The notes below the pieces were generated by a model, which was not told where the DNA came from, did not search any database, and was given only the letters and a program-made list of their open reading frames with translations. From Opitutales bacterium (lineage in GTDB: Bacteria; Verrucomicrobiota; Verrucomicrobiia; Opitutales; PNEW01): a stretch of 64,000 nucleotides of DNA. This document shows, piece after piece, positions 59,561-64,000 of this stretch (position 1 is its first letter; every line of letters starts with the position of its first letter). A program made the translations under genes and the position numbers. The DNA lies in assembly GCA_965197745.1 (NCBI GenBank), contig CBDANS010000006.1, positions 1,280,001 through 1,344,000 on the forward strand. Direction: 5' to 3'.

Positions 59561-60664
59561 ATGGTCACCGCTTCAATCATTATTCCCTGCTATAACGAAG
59601 GAAGTACCCTGAGTGCTTGTGTTGAGCGTGTTATGGCTATTGCCGATGAGAATTTGGGTTTGGAAATTATTATTGTCGACGATGGGTCAGATGACGGGAG
59701 TCGATCGATAGCCGAGTCGTTAAGCCAGGCGCATAAAAATATAACCACGCTGGTCCATGAAAAAAATCGGGGCAAAGGGGCTGCTCTGCGGACAGGAATT
59801 CAAAAGGCAACGGAGGATATCGTGGCCGTGCAGGATGCCGACTTGGAATACAATCCACAGGACTTGAAAAAAATGATAAGCCTGATAGGAAGCGATAAAG
59901 CGGATGTTGTTATTGGGTCCCGTTTCCTCACCGGCGGCGAGCACCGCGTGCTCTACTTCTGGCATTCGCTAGGCAACAGGGTTCTTACTTTTTTAAGTAA
60001 TATGCTGACCGACATGAATCTTACAGATATGGAAAGTTGCTACAAAGTATTTAAAAGGGATATTATTAAGGATATCGAAATTCGTGAAAATCGTTTCGGT
60101 TTCGAACCGGAAATTATTGCCAAGATAGCAGAGAAACGGCCGCGTATTTACGAAATCGGGATTTCCTATTACGGCCGCACTTATGAAGAAGGGAAAAAAA
60201 TCAACGCCAAAGACGGGATACGGGCCTTGTATTGTATCATCAGATACAATGCCTGTAGCGCGCCGATTCCCTTACAGTTTTTATGCTATATTCCTCTTGT
60301 TCTCGCTGCCTCTCTTGTCGGCCTAGCGGTGTTTTCAATTAGTGCTCATTTGACGAACGGTTTCTATGCAACGACTGCCCCCGCGTTTATCGTCTTTGTC
60401 CTGCTTCAGACCTTTGGCGCCATGCTATTGATTTTTAATGGTCGTGAAAATTGGTCACGCCTTCTGAAAATGGTCACACACACCGTTAATAGTGTAATTA
60501 CTCTGGTCCTGGGATTGACCTTAACCGCGACCTTGAACGGGGGGTTACCTTCCGATCTCAAAACACTGATGGCGGGATTCTTTTTGTCCGCGCTTTGGTA
60601 CTATGTGAGTAATCGCTTTATTATTAGTCCCCGCAGCCCACTTAGCCCCGAACATGTCGATTAA
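59561..60664 (+). CDS. Glycosyltransferase family 2 (DPM1-like) with a C-terminal GtrA-like membrane domain
   Basis: IIPCYNE, VDDGS, NRGKG, QDADLEY, GSRF, DMESCYK; four C-terminal TM segments. Confidence 0.88.
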   Translation: MVTASIIIPCYNEGSTLSACVERVMAIADENLGLEIIIVDDGSDDGSRSIAESLSQAHKNITTLVHEKNRGKGAALRTGIQKATEDIVAVQDADLEYNPQDLKKMISLIGSDKADVVIGSRFLTGGEHRVLYFWHSLGNRVLTFLSNMLTDMNLTDMESCYKVFKRDIIKDIEIRENRFGFEPEIIAKIAEKRPRIYEIGISYYGRTYEEGKKINAKDGIRALYCIIRYNACSAPIPLQFLCYIPLVLAASLVGLAVFSISAHLTNGFYATTAPAFIVFVLLQTFGAMLLIFNGRENWSRLLKMVTHTVNSVITLVLGLTLTATLNGGLPSDLKTLMAGFFLSALWYYVSNRFIISPRSPLSPEHVD

Positions 60665-62261
60665 TTTCCGGAAAATTCTGGTCGCGTTGCTTTGGGGTTC
60701 GGCCTTTATATGGGCACTCAGTGAGAATCAGGTGCGGGCCCTGTGGCCAAGTGTCGTTGCCCTGGGGACAGCGCTCCTGTTGCGACGGGTCTTGCTGGGT
60801 CTTTTTGCAGGGGGTTTGGTCGGTGCTATTATCCTGGCCCACGGAAATCCCCTCGAAGCGTTTGTCGCATTTTTCAGAGATCACCTCATTCCCCTGGGGC
60901 AGAGCTCCTGGAAGATCGGAGCTGTTCTCTTTACTTTTATGCTCGGCGGCTTTGCGGCTATCATAGAGAAAAGCGGGGGTCTGCAAAGCCTCGTAAACAA
61001 GTTCCTTTTAAAAGGAGGAGATCCCTCCAAACACGTTATGTGGAGTGGGTTTGGACTGGGGATCATTTGTTTTTTCGACGGTCTGGCTAATAGCATGCTC
61101 GTGGGACGCATGTTGCGTTCACTCGCGGATCGTTGTGGGGTCTCACGCGTCAAGCTGGCTTATCTCGTTGATTCTACCAGTTCGGCCGTCACTTGCCTCG
61201 CCTTCGTCTCTACATGGATCGCTTATCAGCTCGGCATGATTCGCGAAGGCTACGCTCAAATCGGTCTCGAGGAAGAAGCTCAGCCCTATGCGCTTTTTTT
61301 CCGGTCCATTCCCTATAATTTTTATTGCTGGTTCACGATTATCCTCCTCCCCATTGTCATCCATAAAAACTTCAATCCGGGACCTATGAATGAATTCGAG
61401 ATCAAGGCGCGTTCCCGTGCCTTGATCTCACAAGGAGAATTCCAGGATAATGAAACCCACTGGCTGGTCGCGCTGGTACCCGTCGCAGTACTGATAGGCG
61501 GTATTCTCTTTGGGTTCTATTATAGTGGAGCAATAAGTCTCTGGCCGGTGACATTTAGGGGGGTTGCGGACGCCTTTGGAAATGCAGATTACGCTCTGGT
61601 CCTTGTATGCGCCAGTGCCTTTGCCTGTGCTGTTGCCTTTCTCATTTATCCGCGGAGGCCTGATCGCGAGCCACCGTCAAAGGTCTATCTAGCCGGTATG
61701 CAATCGCTCTTTTTTCCCGTGTTGATCCTATTAGGCGCCTGGGTTCTAGGGAGCACCCTTGAAGAGTTGAAGGCTGCTGAGGTGCTTTCATTGCTGCTTT
61801 CCGGGAGGTTACCGCTATTTCTACTCCCCACCGCCGTATTTCTGACCGGGGCCGTGATATCGTTTTCCACAGGGAGTTCGTGGGGGACAATGGGGATTCT
61901 GATGCCGCTTTCTATTCCCGTGACTCTGGCTCTTGCCGACCCGGCAGCCCCGGAATATCAGGCCACGCTTTTAGCGGCCGTTGTCGCTGCCGTTTTCAGC
62001 GGGGCGGTTTTCGGGGACCATTGTTCACCAATTAGTGACACAACAATTGTTGCCTCAATCTCCTGCGAAGTAGAACCGCACGACCATGTCCGCACGCAGA
62101 TGCCCTACGCATTGATATCGGCAGCCTTAGCCGTTGTCATTGGGTTCATTCCCGTTGGATTAGGGATGCCGGTCTGGGTATTATTAATTATTGGGATTTT
62201 GATGCTCTGGGTTCTTCCTGAAGTGTTGATACGCATAAAAACGGCTAAAAGCACCAATTAA
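60654..62261 (+). CDS. Na+/H+ antiporter NhaC family protein
   Basis: Polytopic membrane protein; KLAYLVDST, STGSSWGT, GDHCSPISDTT, HVRTQMPY. Confidence 0.88.
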   Translation: MSINFRKILVALLWGSAFIWALSENQVRALWPSVVALGTALLLRRVLLGLFAGGLVGAIILAHGNPLEAFVAFFRDHLIPLGQSSWKIGAVLFTFMLGGFAAIIEKSGGLQSLVNKFLLKGGDPSKHVMWSGFGLGIICFFDGLANSMLVGRMLRSLADRCGVSRVKLAYLVDSTSSAVTCLAFVSTWIAYQLGMIREGYAQIGLEEEAQPYALFFRSIPYNFYCWFTIILLPIVIHKNFNPGPMNEFEIKARSRALISQGEFQDNETHWLVALVPVAVLIGGILFGFYYSGAISLWPVTFRGVADAFGNADYALVLVCASAFACAVAFLIYPRRPDREPPSKVYLAGMQSLFFPVLILLGAWVLGSTLEELKAAEVLSLLLSGRLPLFLLPTAVFLTGAVISFSTGSSWGTMGILMPLSIPVTLALADPAAPEYQATLLAAVVAAVFSGAVFGDHCSPISDTTIVASISCEVEPHDHVRTQMPYALISAALAVVIGFIPVGLGMPVWVLLIIGILMLWVLPEVLIRIKTAKSTN

Positions 62262-62308
62262 TGGGTATTAATATGGGAAAGAGTGGATTTCAAGGGAGTG
62301 GGAATGAT

Positions 62309-62485
62309 TAAAATGATAATTATCTTGATAAATCCAATGAGCATTGCTGCACTGTTGACCCGCAAATTAAATGGAATGCAAGTGATTATCTATACCTGAT
62401 ATGCGTCATCCTGATCCATTCACGCCCAGACGACAATTAAGGGTGTGAGCAGGTGACGTTCTATAGCTGGATGATAATCAATATT
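62309..62485. promoter_or_regulatory. Two Fur-box-like sequences upstream of exbD
   Basis: taaaatgataattatcttg (62309-62327) and ctggatgataatcaatatt (62467-62485), each 13/19 to GATAATGATAATCATTATC, in an AT-rich context. Confidence 0.35.
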
Positions 62486-62507
62486 TATATATATTAACAA
62501 ATTCACT

Positions 62508-62912
62508 ATGAGCAGGCATCGCCAACTGGCAACTGAAGATGATTCGATTAAAATGAACATCTCCCCATTGATCGATATGGTATTTATCCTATTGATTTTC
62601 TTTATTGTGACGACGGTATTTGTCGAAGAGGAGGGATTGGATGTGAATAAACCGGAACCCTCGGCGGAGGCCACCACCCTGGAAAGTAATACCATCATTT
62701 TCAAGATAATGAACAGTGGACAGATTTATTATAGTGGAATTGAAATTGGCATTAATGCCGTTCGTGCTAAAGTTCGCGAACTGAGTCGTCAGGAAGTTTT
62801 GCCGGTTATTATTGAAGTAGAGAACAGTGCTCCTTCCGCAATCATGGTTCGTGTTATGGACGAATCGAAGCTGGCGGGAGCTGAAGCCATCAGTATAAAA
62901 GCTAGCGAATAG
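62508..62912 (+). CDS. exbD: Biopolymer transport protein ExbD/TolR
   Basis: NISPLIDMVFILLIFFIVT, VRVMD..KLAG. Confidence 0.9.
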   Translation: MSRHRQLATEDDSIKMNISPLIDMVFILLIFFIVTTVFVEEEGLDVNKPEPSAEATTLESNTIIFKIMNSGQIYYSGIEIGINAVRAKVRELSRQEVLPVIIEVENSAPSAIMVRVMDESKLAGAEAISIKASE

Positions 62913-63156
62913 CAAACGTTAGCAAAGCTGGCTGGTTCGAGTTAGCCTTTCATAACAGCGTCAAGAAAAATGACGCGTGGCTTCACAAAGTAACTATCCT
63001 TTTCTCTGCGTAGAAATCCGAGATCATAACAGACACTACATTCTTTAAATATTATACATTCCCCAAAACCGGGATACGCTTTAATACCCGGTATGAATCT
63101 TCTGGAATTCACAATTGAAATTAGTATAAGCTCATACTTTTCTCTCTATCAAAACG

Positions 63157-64000
63157 ATGACTGACACGCAGACAGTATCTGCTCCGGATAATCCACCAGA
63201 GGACATTGGTCTGGTGAATTACGAGGATTTTATAAGTAGCGAGCTGTTCACTTTTGAAAACGGTGGATCTATTCCGCAATTAACCCTGCGTTATGAAACA
63301 TACGGAAACCTTAATGATGAGAAAAATAATGCTGTTCTCATTTGTCACCCTATAAGTGGCGACCATCATTGCGCGGGGTTTCACTCGGCCGTCGATCGTA
63401 AAACGGGGTGGTGGAACAATATGATCGGTCCGGGCAAAGCAATAGACACCAATCATTTCTTTGTTATATGCAGTAACTGTCTGGGCGGCTGCCAGGGATC
63501 AACCGGCCCAAGCTCTACCAATCCGGAAACAGGAAAACCCTACGGATTAGGATTTCCATCATTGACCATACGCGATATGGTGCGCGCGCAAAAACTCCTT
63601 ATTGATTATCTCGAGGTGAATGAACTCTATTGTGTTGTTGGGGGTTCCATGGGGGGTATGCAGGTAATGCAGTGGGCTATCGAATTTCCAGAGATGGTGA
63701 ACCGTATCCTCTCCCTTGCTTCTGCCGCGCGTCAAAGCGCTCAGGCTATAGCATTCAACGAAGTAGGCCGTTGCGCTATTGTCCAGGACCCGGGTTGGAA
63801 TGAGGGCAACTATGCACCCGGTCAAGGCCCCAATGTCGGGCTTTCTGTTGCCCGGATGATGGCGCACATTACCTATCTTTCAGATAAAGGGATGGAATTA
63901 AAATTCGGGCGGAGCCGGCGTAGCGATTCCGAGGGACATCACCTCACTAAAGTAGAGTTTGAAGTCGAGAGTTATCTGCGCCATCAAGGTCAATCCTTCA
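63157..64000 (+). CDS. metX: Homoserine O-acetyltransferase, truncated by the window end
   Basis: Manual translation from ATG 63157: YETYG.LN..NAVLICH, GWW..MIGPGKAIDT, NCLGGCQGSTGP, GGSMGG, ARMMAHITY. Confidence 0.92.
   Translation, partial: MTDTQTVSAPDNPPEDIGLVNYEDFISSELFTFENGGSIPQLTLRYETYGNLNDEKNNAVLICHPISGDHHCAGFHSAVDRKTGWWNNMIGPGKAIDTNHFFVICSNCLGGCQGSTGPSSTNPETGKPYGLGFPSLTIRDMVRAQKLLIDYLEVNELYCVVGGSMGGMQVMQWAIEFPEMVNRILSLASAARQSAQAIAFNEVGRCAIVQDPGWNEGNYAPGQGPNVGLSVARMMAHITYLSDKGMELKFGRSRRSDSEGHHLTKVEFEVESYLRHQGQSF

Noticed and set aside
62930..62947. GGCTGGTTCGAGTTAGCC resembling a tRNA T-arm
   Set aside because: The loop is 8 nt, and no acceptor stem, D-arm or anticodon arm can be built around it.
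62913..63156. SAM riboswitch upstream of metX (the metF leader was also inspected)
   Set aside because: No SAM-I core (ATC-AGAG, GAGGGA kink-turn, GCAAC...GTGC) was recognisable; only short hairpins.

Overview
Bacterial genomic window, most likely from a Verrucomicrobiota (Opitutae-like) heterotroph; this is inferred from a PEP-CTERM autotransporter-repeat protein, a PVM-type microcompartment locus and a dnaK-groES-groEL operon. At the left edge an IS1595-family element interrupts a tandem paralog of a fused ABC solute-binding/permease gene and joins it in frame to the transposase. From 5 to 38 kb lies a catabolic region: Moco accessory genes xdhC and mocA, four PhyH-type Fe/2OG dioxygenases, a sulfatase, a Kelch-SSS transporter fusion, two glycoside hydrolases (one broken by an 8-bp duplication), and SDR, lactonase, dehydratase and aldolase genes. 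An 11-gene PVM-type bacterial microcompartment operon occupies 41-49 kb. The right part holds tkt, dnaK-groES-groEL behind a sigma-54 promoter that predicts an almost leaderless mRNA, metF, a nonsense-split hybrid response regulator/kinase, GT2, NhaC, exbD and a partial metX. Non-coding signals include an orphan-terminator sRNA candidate, a REP-like repeat family and degenerate 8-bp tandem arrays. No rRNA, tRNA or CRISPR array was seen. All calls come from motifs read by eye; no database search was run.
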